Made by a program: the position numbers and the translations under genes. Under the pieces are notes generated by a model. That model saw only the letters and a list, made by a program, of their open reading frames with translations. It was not told the DNA's origin and made no database searches. A DNA stretch of 64,000 nt from Camelus dromedarius (taxonomy: Eukaryota), in NCBI RefSeq assembly GCF_036321535.1, contig NC_087437.1, forward strand, positions 78,060,001 through 78,124,000, given 5' to 3'. Shown here piece by piece: positions 12,478 through 24,961 of the stretch. Positions within the stretch are counted from its first letter, which is position 1. The number at the start of each line of letters is the position of its first letter.

Positions 12478-12628
12478 ATTTTTCTCAGCATTGGCTACAC
12501 CAAAGAATCCTCTGTGGGAACTTTTGAAAAATACTGGTGTGTGAGCCCCACTCCCAGAGATACATTGCAGACAAGAGTATTTTTTAAAAAAAAAACTCTA
12601 TTGTAGCCAGGTTTGAGAACATCTGGTT
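12478..12628. mobile_element. hAT-Charlie MITE (MER5A-like)
   Basis: tttctcagcattggctacacc..gaatc..ggaacttttgaaaaatactg..gccccactcccagagat...gccaggtttgagaacatctgg. Confidence 0.7.
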
Positions 12629-14892
12629 AAGTATTTGAAAGGGGAAAGGGAAAGATGAGAAAGGAAATGAAGGAGAAATAGTGAGGAACTATTAATGAAT
12701 ATTTTTAAAGTTATTTTGAGGATAATAGTTTTAAACTACAAATTGTGTTTGTATTGTTGTTTCAAAAGATCAAGCATGTCTTCAAAAGGAACTTTATCAC
12801 TACTCAGAGTATTCAGAAGGCTATGTTACAGACTTGGAAGATATTTTAAGGGTATTTTGAGTCCTAACAGTGTGGCTGGAATGTATGTGATGAATATGAA
12901 TGTAAGTATATTGAAGGGAAGCTGTTGAGCTGGAATCCACAATTCTGGCTAGTTAGAAAGAACAATATTATAATCTTAGTAATTTCAGTTCTTGTGTGGA
13001 TACGAGACATTGTCCAAAAATCCCAAAGTAGCATTTTTTTGTGTGTAAAAATCTAAAATAGAATCAATGATAAATCTGTACTTTGTTAAAAGGGAGAAAT
13101 GACAATTTTGCTTAACCGTCATCATAGGCTCATTACACTGTGACTTCTCATGGAAGCTTCGTCCCTGGAAATTTATCTGAAATACCCAAAACTTCATACA
13201 TATTCTGACATACAGATTTTCCTGACTCAGGTGACATTTCCCAAGCTTTATACATTTGCCCAATGTTTTTCTCCCATGACAATTTCCTTAGGTTTGTTTT
13301 GTTGGTGGTGGTGTTGTTCCTTTTCCACAGTTTTAGTTCCCCTGTTGTTTGGATGATATTCAAATCTGCTGCGGCTTCTTTATCTTCTTAAATGGTTTTT
13401 CATTTTCAACTGATTGTTGAATCATTGCAAAGGAAATTTATTTGTGATGCCATTTGAGGGTAGTCATGTCTGATTCCTTTTCATATGGGAAGCTTAAGAA
13501 AGTGTATATTAGATTTTAATGGCTCCCATTCCTTATTTTTGATCTAGCTGTCAATGAGGACAATGTGAGAGGCAGATCATGACCCAGAAAAAAGTAATAA
13601 ATAGGATGATATGCTATATTCTTAATTATGTCAAAGGAGCTCTGGGGTATTCCTCAGTTATATTTCAAAATATTTACAACAGAATTGTATTATAAATATT
13701 CTTCCAATATACTTAAAACTGAATGTTCAAGCACAAATAAGTACAATTAAATAATAAAATTCAAGCATTTAAAAAGAATTAAGTAACCGTCTCTTTTAAT
13801 AAATATAACAAATACCCTGTATAATTTTAATAGTATGTTTTTCTCTTGAAAATGGGCTCAGCTACTGGAAAATACTGATAAGGGACATAGTACTTTATTA
13901 TCTGAATTTAATATAGAGAGAAGTAAATTTAAGAAAAAGCATTGAATGTGAACACTAGGCTACTGAACTGAGACCTTTTCCCGAAACATTTAAATTATTT
14001 TTAATATAGTTTATCACTCTCCTCTCTCTCTATCCCCAAAGCCTGGCTACTATTGTATAGGGGAAAATATTTAGATTAGTTTCTAGAATTTTAGTTATAC
14101 CCAAATGCATGTAATTAAAACAAGTTAATATGGACTTTAAAATTATACTGAAGTGTGTGTATGTATGTAATTACATCCCTGGTGACTAACACATCAAATA
14201 GCTTTTTAATAATAATAATAATAAGGCTAATAATAATAAAGATAAAACTAACTCTTAGGAACTTAAGACCTTGATATTGCAGTATTCTTAAATGTAAGCT
14301 ATATTTTTTTTTTGAAGAGCAAGCCATTGTACAAAAGCATACTTGTATAAATGAAAAGTTAAGATGGGTTTATTTTTATAAATAAATGGACTTTTCATGT
14401 TTTATTTGTCTTGAAAACACCGCAACATATTTCTAGCACTATTATGACCAGAGGCTGTTTTGAAGTTACACTGTGCACACAGCCAATGTGCTAGGCCAGG
14501 CTGGTATGCCTACTATTTGCTCTTTGTATGAAGATTTTTTTCAGATGATTGAACCATTTTTGATTTCATAAGCATTGACCCGCACAATGAGGGTGTAGCC
14601 TTCCCTGCCCACCCTGGAATGTTTTTTTAAAGAGCTAGGGAAATGAGATAGCTAATTGTGAAATTTCCCATGGGTGTTTGGTTTTGTTTTCATCACAGAG
14701 GTGTACATTCTGAGGAGCTGGGCAATAATCTTATATGTCTTCAACAACTTGGACCAATTTTTCTTCTCTGTTTACTCAAAGGGATATGTGTTCCTGTGGG
14801 TTGTCCATGAGCATTCTCTTCACTTTTGATTTTGCTGGAATAGTTCTCTGATCCTGTGGTCAGAGTCATTAACTTATGTTTCAGTTCTGCTG

Positions 14893-14917
14893 CACGTGGA
14901 AACTCACGTGGCATCTG
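14893..14917. promoter_or_regulatory. Tandem canonical E-boxes CACGTG-N6-CACGTG plus adjacent CATCTG
   Basis: tgCACGTGgaaactCACGTGgCATCTGg; both CpGs retained in a CpG-poor region. Confidence 0.5.
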
Positions 14918-15971
14918 GGGGCATTTGGAGAGCTAAGTGGGAATGTCCCTAAGATTGTTTAGCCAGAAGTATGAGGTATTTTCCCTTCTTCAAAGAAATA
15001 ATGAAAAGAATAATTATAAGATAGAGAAAACTTTTCAGAGCTAGGGACTGCCGAAACTTATCTATATTAAACTTGCAGATGACTGACCATAGTCAGCCCA
15101 CTGGAGAGCCCTGGTCCAGCTGCAGGGGCAGATGTGTACTTCCTTGAACTCGCTTTAGCTGGACTCCTGTGAATGAATGAGCAATCTCTTTGAGAGAATT
15201 AAAGAGCTCCCCAGATGAAGTCCGGAACAAACCCCAGAAAGGCATCCTAAGGGAAACTGGAATAAGAAAAAACGTGAATTAAGGATAAGTTTGACATCTG
15301 TGTCAAAAGCAAATAAATCTTGTGTAAGAACAAAGGTTACTGGTAGGTAATCAGGAATGGTTTCAGCCTCAGTTACGTATTTAATTTGTGCAAGAAAAGG
15401 CACTTATATGAAAAACATATGTTTTTGAAGTAATTCCCATAATCATTCTGAGAGGTGATCTAGTATAATTCTTTAGTTACAGATGAGGAAATATAAAACT
15501 ATAGTGGTTAAGTGATTTTTTTTTTTAAAGTCTGGGGGAGTCATTGCTTAAGCTTCCTGTTCCTGCAGACTGACTTAGACCATTTCAGAAAGCCACTTCC
15601 TCAATAATCCCAATTATTTTCCATGTAGACTTAAATTATATTCCCCATTTTATTCTGAAAAATTATATTAACAAATTGCAAAGTATTTGATAATCGAATA
15701 TTCGTTAAGTAAGCTAACTTACATTGAATTCTCATTTTGTTAAGGCAACATTGTCACAGGAGCTTTTGTTCCCTCTTCCCTTACTTCCTTTTTTTTGAAA
15801 TTTCACCAAGAATGATCATTTTAGTAGTGCTCTTAACATGATAGGCTCCTGAAAAAGACTATGCCATGACCATTGTCCTGCTGAAATGCAGTGAAATAAA
15901 GTGTTCAAAAGGCTTTAATCTTTGCTTTTCATTTCTTACAATCAGAATTCAGTCTTTCTGGAAATGATGCT

Positions 15972-16378
15972 TGTATTAGCTTACTAGGGCTGCAGTATCA
16001 GAGTACCACAAACTAGGTGGGGCATAACCAACAGAAATTTATTCTCACAGTTCTGGGGGCTAGAAATCTGAAATCAAGATAAAGGTGGAGTTAGTTCCTT
16101 CTGAGGGTTGTGTGGGAGAATTTGTTTTATGCCTCTCTCTGAACTGGTGGCCACCAGGGATCTTTAGCTTGAAGATGACATCTTCCCTTTATGCATGTCT
16201 GTTTCTGTGCCCAAAGTTCCCCTTTTTAAAGGGGCATAGTCGTACTGGATTATGCCCACCCTAATGACTTCACCTTAACTTGGTCATCTACAAAACCCTT
16301 ATAAGGTCACATTCAGAAATACTGAGGGCTAGGACTTCGGTATATTTTGGGAGAGGGCTCAGTTCAATGTTCTAAACA
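15972..16378 (-). mobile_element. ERVL-MaLR solo LTR (MLT1C/D-like)
   Basis: tgtattagcttactagggctgc..accacaaact..aacagaaatttattctcacagttctgggggctagaa...aaggtcacattc..aggacttc...aaca. Confidence 0.85.
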
Positions 16379-16491
16379 GGATTAATGTAAACCTAGTGGT
16401 GAATTATACTCTCATGTCCATAGGACATTTCACTTGTCCGTTTCTATCAGTATTTCCACATTCTCAAGACCAGACCTATAACAAAAACTTC

Positions 16492-16694
16492 TTTATTTTA
16501 TTTTATTTTATTTTATTTTATTTTATTTTATTTTATTTTATTTTACAGTTTATTTATTTAATTAACTTATTGATGGGGGAGGTAACTAGGATTATTTAGT
16601 ATTTATTTATTCTTAGAAGATGTAGTGGGGATTGAACCCAGGACCTCATGCATCCTAAGCATTAGCTCTGCCACTTGGGCTATACCCTCCCCCC
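16492..16694 (-). mobile_element. Camelid tRNA-Ala SINE (Vic-1-like) with (TAAAA)n tail
   Basis: ggggattgaacccaggacctcatgcatcctaagcattagctctgccacttgggctataccctcccccc; about 11 TTTTA units at 16492-16545. Confidence 0.9.
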
Positions 16695-16799
16695 TACTTT
16701 TTCCCTCATTTTAATATACTACCTCAAGCTACCATTTTTATTTTTATCTTGCTATATTTAAACTTCTTTTAAAAAAGACTCTTCTGTGTTTGTGATCTT

Positions 16800-18385
16800 C
16801 ATTTCCACACCCCACATTCACCCCAGTCTGTTTTCACATTACAGCACACCAATGAAACAGCTCCTAGTAAGGTTAAAGATGATCTCCATTTTGCTAAATC
16901 CATTTGAGATTTTTTTCTCCCCTGCCCTCGATTCATTTGTCTTTACATGATCATTATTGGAAGATGCAATCTCCAATAGGCCCTAAACCTCCTTATATGT
17001 TCTTCTTGGCTGTGCCAAACAAACAAATTTCCTGACTATTCTCTGCCATTTCTCCAGGTGCATTTCCAGCAAGCAACCCTGAGGAATAAGGTAACACTTT
17101 CCTCCAGATAATGAGCATGCTTATTTCCACCTTACCATAAAAGTGGTTAATCTTCCATGCTCAGTGTTCCTCTCCTGTAGGGCAACCCACTGCATCTGCA
17201 AACATCCACCATGGGCACTTCACATCACTCCACAGGACTTAGGACACATGGGGAACCAGCAAGAGCATCCTGCCACTGTATTTACTGTGAATAATAAAGT
17301 CCTTTGTCTCTAGCTCAGGAGTATTGGGTCTTCTGCCGGCACTTATAAAGCAGTAACAGACTAACTTATTAGCTTGTACATAGAGAAAACTCCCATACCC
17401 TCCCTAGTTCTTCATAATCATTTGACCTAATTGGACGTTCTTCAAATGCTACCTGTCTGGCGCTGCCTTTCAGATTTCCTCTGCCAGCAGTTCCTTTCCT
17501 ACTGGGTCATCAAATTCTGGAGTTCCTTAAAGCTCAGAAATAGGCTAAAATAGTCTTTCACTAGGAAATTTCAACACATCCACAGTTCTTGTCACCATGG
17601 GGATGTCCAGATTTATTTCTTTAGCCCATAGCTCTGCTCTGCTCTGTCAGTATATCCAATGACTGACTTGACATATCACTTGGATAGTTTGAAGATATCA
17701 CAAATTTGTGATGTGTATGACCAGATTCATGGTCTTTCTCTTCAAACCTGATCCTCTTTCTCTATCTGTTCTTGCAGTAAATGTCGTCATCATTTATTCA
17801 CTAGCCCAGGCTGTTTGTTGCCTTCTGTATCCTCACTCCTCCTACCTGATCTGTTATCAAGATCACTCACTTTTGTCATCTCAATATCTACGGAATTTGT
17901 TTTTCTCTTCATTGATACCTTCACTCTGTTCTTAGCCACCATTATCTCTTAGGAGATCCCCCTAACTTGTCCCTCTGCATTTATTTTGTTCTCCCTCCAA
18001 TCTATTCTTCAGCTGAAGCCAGAGTGAATGATCACTTTAAAACCCACACTGAATCATGTCATCCTGCTTAAAGCCTTCATTGTACTTAGGGTAAAAATCA
18101 GTTTACTCCTACTCATTCTTTTGATCACAGCTAATGTAAAGTTTTCTGTGACTTCCCAGTCAGATTTGGATCCTTTGGTACATGTTAAGATATAATCCTT
18201 TCCCTTTTCTTCAGAACATTTTGCAGATGGTATTTATATATCCTTAGTGTGATTAATTAATTTCTATGTCCCTTCTCAGAGAGTGAACTCCATGAGAATA
18301 AGGACCCACATTAGCTCACATTGCCTGTCTAGCAAAGACTACAGTGTTTGTCCCAAATTGGCACTCAGATATTTGAAAATGAACA
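16800..18385 (+). mobile_element. L2 LINE 3' portion, split by the LTR at 16955-17416
   Basis: caccaatgaaacagctcctagtaaggtt..atgatctccattttgctaaatcc; tatatccaatgactgacttgacatatcacttggat; L2 3' end gaactccatgagaataaggac...ggcactcagatatttg. Confidence 0.8.
16955..17416 (+). mobile_element. Solo ERVL LTR (MER68-like) nested in L2
   Basis: 5-bp TSD atcat at 16950-16954 and 17417-17421; aataaagtcctttgtctct polyA region; degraded termini. Confidence 0.8.
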
Positions 18386-18499
18386 AAAGAGAATGACCAC
18401 TTTGAAGAAGCAACAATACATGTTTCCCAAAATATTTGTTGTACTTCAGCTAACAATTCACCCAGAAGCGAATAGGATGTTTTAAAATTGTAATTCAAA

Positions 18500-19050
18500 T
18501 CATGTTAGACTTTACTTAAAACCCTTCCCAACTTCCCAACACAATTAGAATGAATCCAAATTTCTTATCTTGGCTACAAAATTCTACATGACTTAACCCT
18601 TGGCCAACTCATATTTCTAGTACAGCTCTTTCTCTCACCTACCACAATAAGCTACACTGGATATTACTCCCTAATTTCCACCCAGAAGCCCATGTGCCAA
18701 CCATTCCTCTTAATCCCCTCTGCTTCATTGTCTCCTTTTGTTATTTAGATCTCAGTTGGAATATCACTCAGGTTTCCTGTCCATCAAATCTTGACCGGAG
18801 ACTCAGTCATTCTCTCCTCAGTACTTTCCACAATTTTGTATTTTCCTTATTTGTTTGTCTATTTATTTACAGTCCAAGTTCTATAACTCCTATACATATG
18901 CATGTGTGCACACATACAAACACATATAATTCACCCCACTAGAAAATGCCTTGCATATAGATTTTCTTGTTCATTGCTGCATCCTCAGGACTTGTAAGAG
19001 TTCCAGGTCTACTACAGTCACAGATAAATAACTTTTGAATAAATTAACAC
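18500..19050 (+). mobile_element. L2 3' end fragment
   Basis: ttacttaaaacccttccca..cacaattagaatgaatccaaatttctta...cttgttcattgctgcatcctcagg...ataaataacttttgaataaat. Confidence 0.7.
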
Positions 19051-21544
19051 ATTTTTAAATTTAGGGGTCAGGAAATTTCCAGCAGTGCCATTAATACTGC
19101 TTCTGATTACCAAATGTGAGAGTGATGATGATTTCTAAGATGGCTCAAGATAATTTTTTAAAATTTGAAGTTTGTCTCCAAATCAGTAGGGAATCAGTCT
19201 AGGGAATCAGTAGGTCTATGATTTTTTCTGTTTTCTTCATCACTGATTTACCTTGAGAACAAGTTGTCTATTCCTCTTAGCAAAATAAATTGAGCAAAGA
19301 TTTAAATTAATGTGACAGAATGTGCTGATATTTAATTTGAGGTTAGTGTAAACACAGAGGAGCCAAAGGATCCCCTAACAGTCCTCTGATCCTGAAATAT
19401 ACCTTCCTTCTGTGCTCTCCCAGTATTTAGATCTGAAAGCAACAGGCTGTACAACCACAAACACCATAATATTGTCAGAAGTTGAACTTGTTTTAACCTC
19501 TTTACCTTTAAGGTGTGGATTAATACTTTCCTTTTCCATTTTCTCTAATTGCTTAGAGGTAGTAACTTAACAAGAGCAAGATAGCTCTTCTGCCTCTCCT
19601 TTGAATTGTACTGACATCATAACTGTGCATTATAGATTAAAATCTGTAAAACTCCTAAACAGGAAGTGGAGACATAGTTAGAAAGACATTAGAAAAAAAA
19701 TTAGCATGTATTTGATATTTCCACAAACATTAGAGGAAGAAAATATCCCTCAAATGAAGCTTAGCACGCCTCCTTTTACTTGCTTCCATTAGGTGTATAT
19801 TCCTTTACCGCTGACAACCTTTCTGAGATATGTTTTGGTCTTTCAGCGTTAGCCTTAGGCAAAATTTTAAAATACTTGGAATTATTCTTGTGGATGTTGT
19901 ATTAGTGCTTCCCTTTATTTTGACATCTTCAATCCATTGTATCCAAAGGTCCAATATTTTAACTCCTCATTTTGATCTTTCCTTAGCATACTCTGTAGCT
20001 TTCTCTTCCTTTTCCCTCCTTCTCCCCATCAATGGCTCTGTTTAATCTGATGAGCAAATTCAAACTAGTTTGGAAGAGCTAATTATTTATTGTATCACCC
20101 TTTCAGGAAATGCATTTCTCTTTTAAACCAGGGGCTAGCCCTTCACTCAAAAATATGACTTTAATAATAATCAAGTATGAACAGTGCAGTTCAGTTTGAA
20201 TTAACCAAGACATATTAGGGATGATAAATCCAACAGTCTCACAGTCTTGTGGAAAGGAAGATGATAACTTAGCAAATACCTATACTAAAAGTCTAACGAT
20301 TTTCGAAACAGGCAGCCTCCAAAAGGGAATGAGACATATCATGATGACACATAATCAGGTTTGTCACTCAGACATGTGAGGTATAATCACAGGCCTGGTG
20401 GCCAGGTGGGAAGGAAAAGAACACCCAAGTCCCTTTTTGAAATATCAGTGAGCTAAAAAGAAAACCAATAAGGATGCAGTCTTCAAGGCCAGTTGGGGAC
20501 AGCTCTCATGGGTGGTTGTCAGAAAGGTTCCATGTTTCACAATTAGGTTCCTTTTCAGGAACCAGAATCCACAGGTGCTTGTTCTAATGTAGCTGGGATC
20601 TGGTATCTTGGAAAAGGAGGGCCTCATGGAGAATGTCATTCACCAAAAGCTAGATGCAGAAGTCCCTTACTTAAAACTTCAGAGCCAAGATTCTTTAATG
20701 AGAATAAAAGTGTTCACTGTTTTCTACCCCTCCTCTTGAATTTTCTGCTACAGCTCAAGCATAAATGGCCATGGAATGATTATATAGCAAAATCTCTACT
20801 AGTTAATAAGCGGCCTGGGTAAATTAAGTGAAATAAGGTTCAGTGTGGAGCATTCTGTGTGTCAGTAGTAAGTGGCAGCAGTTACCAGAAGACAGTATTA
20901 TTACTAGTAATAGTGTGATTCTCTGCAGCTGTGAGTTGGACAGTGGCAGTGAGGTGCTATTTTGGCTTTTAGAGACAATCAGCAACTGTATTTTTGTTAA
21001 ATAAAGAATGGTCTTCTAGTTAACACTCAGTCTAGAAGATATTCTTTTCACCTAAAGCCGTGGAACTCGGTAGGACAGGGACTTATAGTAGGTAAGAGCA
21101 GAACCACTTGCACTGAAGAAGAGCCTGAAGGATAGAGGTGAGTGGTCTGGTTTGAAACAATATGGATTAGGGGTAAATAGGCAGTGTTTAATGTAGACTG
21201 GCTAACATACACACATTCAGTGCTGAGTACACACACAAGTGTGTAGATCTAATTACAGATACATAGATACAGGAATTCATTTAGTGGGTGTGTCAGGATC
21301 TCTGTCTCTGTAAGTTCCCTTTCATCTTATAATGCCTCTCCATGATGATTACTTCTCTCATTTTATATATAAGAAAATTGGGGCTTAAATGACTTCAATG
21401 AGTCCTAAAGCTGTAGATAGCTCTGTATTATTCTAAGGTTTTCTGATTCCAAAACTTGAGTCATGGACTACTTTCAGAAATAAATCAGAAGACAGCACAG
21501 GGTAGAACAGCAGAAAAGTGGGGATGGGTGCAGAGATGGGGTGC

Positions 21545-21750
21545 AGCGGCTTTGGTGATAGACATTCCTGGGTTTGATCCCTGGGTACTGCCTGGGATAT
21601 ACTGGTCAAGATAATTAACTGTTGAATGCTTTGGTTTTCTCACCTTGAGATATGGGGCTAATGACACTTCTTAACAGAGTGTTGTGAAGGTTCGATGAGA
21701 TAAAGTATGTAAATTTCTTAGTAGAGAGTAGTAGGCTAGTTTGGTATATA
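21545..21750 (+). mobile_element. MIR SINE (3' tip displaced to about 23184-23197 by an L1 insertion)
   Basis: cctgggtttgatccctgg...ttggttttctcaccttgagatatgggg...gtgttgtgaaggttcgatgagataaagtatgtaaa. Confidence 0.75.
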
Positions 21751-23185
21751 AGAAGCTTGGCAGTTTCCACTCTGTCCTAACAAGTTAAAAGCTGAATGAA
21801 CTGGAAAATCAACAGCTCTTCCTAGATCTGTGAGGGAAATGAGGTCACAGGACAGACCACTGCCTTCAAAACTGGAGACTGACAGGCAAATAAAAGAAAG
21901 TCAAAACCCCCTGGAGCAGAAACCCACAAGTAGAAACATCAGTGGGAACCAGTCTAGGACTAGGAAAACCTGAACTGTAATTGAATTGCTGAAGGCTCAG
22001 TGTGGACCAGTCTGAAAGTTAAAAGCTTCAGGGGACCCTGTCAGAAAGAGCCCCCTCACATTTGTATGACTTTTATCTCCAGGAGCTCTACCAGGACCTG
22101 GGCCCTCACAGTGAATATACTAAAAAGAACAAAAACAAAAACAAAACAAATCCCCTCGTGCTTCTGGCAAAGGGAGGGGAAGAGGAACCGTTCTGAAACA
22201 TGCCTGAGCATTCTGTTCTTAGCAAGGTCTGCCCTCAGGAGAAGCTACTTAACCAAAGCCTAAAGTGCTGGGGTTTTATCAGGACCTGGGGAAAGGAAAA
22301 ACTCGACTCCAGCCACTTGACGCATCTTGTCCCACCAAGGGGGCAATAAAAAAACTAAGAAGCGCTTGTGAGGTCTGTAGTCCAGAGACACAGACACTGC
22401 GGAACTGATACCTGATCACAGCACTACAGCAGGTCACTGCCCACGCCTCCCGCCACGTCACTGACGGCAGCACCTCCCGCCACGTCACTGACGGCAGCAG
22501 TGCCTCTTTCTAGTGCATCATGTCCAGCTCTGGAGAAAATAGGACAAGACGTACTAAAACGCAAAAAAGGCAGTTTTAAGAGACAAAGGAAGTATTGAAA
22601 CCAGATGCTAATATGGCAGAGATGTTGGAATTTTAAGGCTAGGAATTTAAAACAACTATGATTAATATTCTAAGGGCTCTAATGGAGAAAGTAACAGCAT
22701 GCAGACGGGCAATGTAAGCAGAGAGATAAAAATTCTAAGAAAGAACCACAATGAAACGCTAGACATCAAGAACACTAACAGAAATGAAGGATACCTTTGA
22801 TGGGCTTATTACTCGTAAGCTGGACATAACTGAGGGAAGAAACTCTGAGCTTGAAGAAACCTCCAAAATTGAAAGGTAACCAGAAAACAGACTGAGAAAA
22901 ACAAAATATCCAAAACCTGTGGGGCGACTACAAAAAGCGTAATATATATATGTAACTGGGATCCCAGAAGGAGAAGGAAGAGAAGAAGGAAAAAGAAGTA
23001 TTTGAAACAATAATGACTGAGAATTTCCCCAAATTAATATCAGATACCAAACCACAGATCCAAGAAGCTTAGAGAACACCAAGAAGGATAAATGCAAAAA
23101 AAAAAAAAGACCAAACAAACCAAAAAAACTACACCTAGGCATATCACAATTCAAACCAAAGAAAATTAAGGATAAAAAAGAGAAG
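21751..23185 (+). mobile_element. Old L1 (L1M-type) 5'UTR plus degraded partial ORF1; no ORF2 or 3' end
   Basis: ORF1-like A-rich blocks: aaacaactatgattaatattctaagggctctaatggagaaagt, cagaaatgaaggatacctttgatgggctt, taatgactgagaatttccccaaattaatatcagataccaaaccacagatccaagaagct, aactacacctaggcatatc. Confidence 0.8.
22446..22499. repeat. Perfect 27-bp tandem duplication (cctcccgccacgtcactgacggcagca x2)
   Basis: Two identical units at 22446-22472 and 22473-22499. Confidence 0.95.
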
Positions 23186-24961
23186 TAGGCATTCAATGAT
23201 TAAAAGAAAAGACCTAAACAATAGTATATAGTTTTCATATATCTATTGACATATTAAATTGCATGTAGATAATGCCATAATGAAGCCAATTATGAGAAAC
23301 TGGTTATTTTGCTGTATTTATAATACTGCAAGGGAAAGGGGGCTGATCATTGTCAGGGAGAGATGCAGAGACTGCTGGGCCCTCTAGATGTTTCCAGTCA
23401 CCTTGGTGTTGCCCAGCACTTTTAATAAATTATTGCCTGAATGGGCCTTCTCCTTGGTTACCTTGCCAGATAATACGGACCCAAAGCGGTCATTAGTGTC
23501 AGCATAAAGAGTACTCTTCACAGGGGTCTAAGGAGAAATCACTCGAAATGAAAAACATAGTATTTGTGTTCCCGTGGTTTTAATTTAAATCAAGTGCAAA
23601 CTGTGGGAGACTGTTTTCTTTTTAATGAGACGTTGGCAAGGACTATTTCGGATAGCTCCGCCACCCCAACCCCCAACTCCACCTTTGGCCGGTATTTTCT
23701 ACTCTGTATTAAAAAATAGCCGGGGCTATTTTAGGGAATTATTCTATGTCACGAGAGGGCAGAAGAGTCTCAGTTTATGGTCTTTGTACTTCCTGTTGTG
23801 TGGCCCTTCTTCCTCTTTCACCAGAACGTTTACCACAAAGATCTCCAAAAAGGTTCTTGTTCTCTCCGGCACCTAGTATAGCAGTCGGGGTGGGGGTCGG
23901 GGGTGTCCATAAAATGTGGAAGCCTGTGGAAACCTGTCTAGGTTCCTTTTCTGACAGGAAACAGGGTTGAAGTCTCAACAAAAAGAGAAGGGAGGAGAAT
24001 TCCACAAAACAAAGTGAACCCTTCCACTTAGAATCCATGATGATCCCACAACTTATTATTCCTTTAGATTGACCCTAGTGTTTCAGGAAAGCCTCTGAAT
24101 TTTTGTTCATCTTTTCAGGGCCTCATATTTTATTAATGGGTGTAAATGCTTCATTTTTCCAAGTCATAATTTTTACTTGTGGAAAAGCCCCATCAAAGTT
24201 TTCAGTAATAAAAATATCTTAGTTTTTTATTTGTATTTTTCAACCTATAGATCCTGAAAAAATGGACATTTTATCAAAAATATGAACAAAGGAAAATATC
24301 ACAATACAACATAATAGGAGAGAAATTTGTACCCAAATTATCACTGTGCTGGATTAACTCACATAAGTTGAAGCATATTCTCTGGGTCAGGGACTAATAA
24401 TTTCCCTAGTGTCCAGCATGGCATCAAAGAGCAGGCTAATATTCAATAAATAATATTATCACTGGACTGGAGTCACTGCATGTGAGTGGAGGTGTCAAGG
24501 CCTATTTGCCTTCATTGTGCCTCCTTTTCAGGTCTTCACTGGAAATCTGGGTTTTCAAATTCCATCTTGTTCTGATGTTCTGGGACCAGGTGAGGTCTAA
24601 GTTGTATGTTTCCTTTCATGAGAAGGAATATTTAGGAAATGAATAGAATTTGGAACTTGGTTTCTTTCCATTTTAGTAGACATTTTATAAACAGATGATT
24701 TTTCCTGGATGTAGGGAAAAAGATGCCAGATGGTGAGAGTGAAAAAACAACATTCAAACTAAAATTACTACAATGATGGAGAAATAAAGGAAGAGCTCTC
24801 ATACTAAAATGTTTTAAATTATCTGTTTTATCTATTTCTAGCATTGTCCACGGTGAACATTCTTAAGGATGTACATTTTAACTTTAGACTCTTAAGAAGT
24901 CATCGCAAATAAAAAAAATTAGTAAAAATACAGTAATATGTACCTTGACAGGATGCTTTCT

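Noticed and set aside
19181..19215. Micro-duplications (gggaatcagt; similar at about 41852, 58881 and 60770)
   Set aside because: Ordinary 9-13 bp slippage duplications with no higher-order structure.
22446..22499. CRISPR-like repeat
   Set aside because: Only two adjacent copies with no spacer, in mammalian L1-derived DNA with no cas genes.
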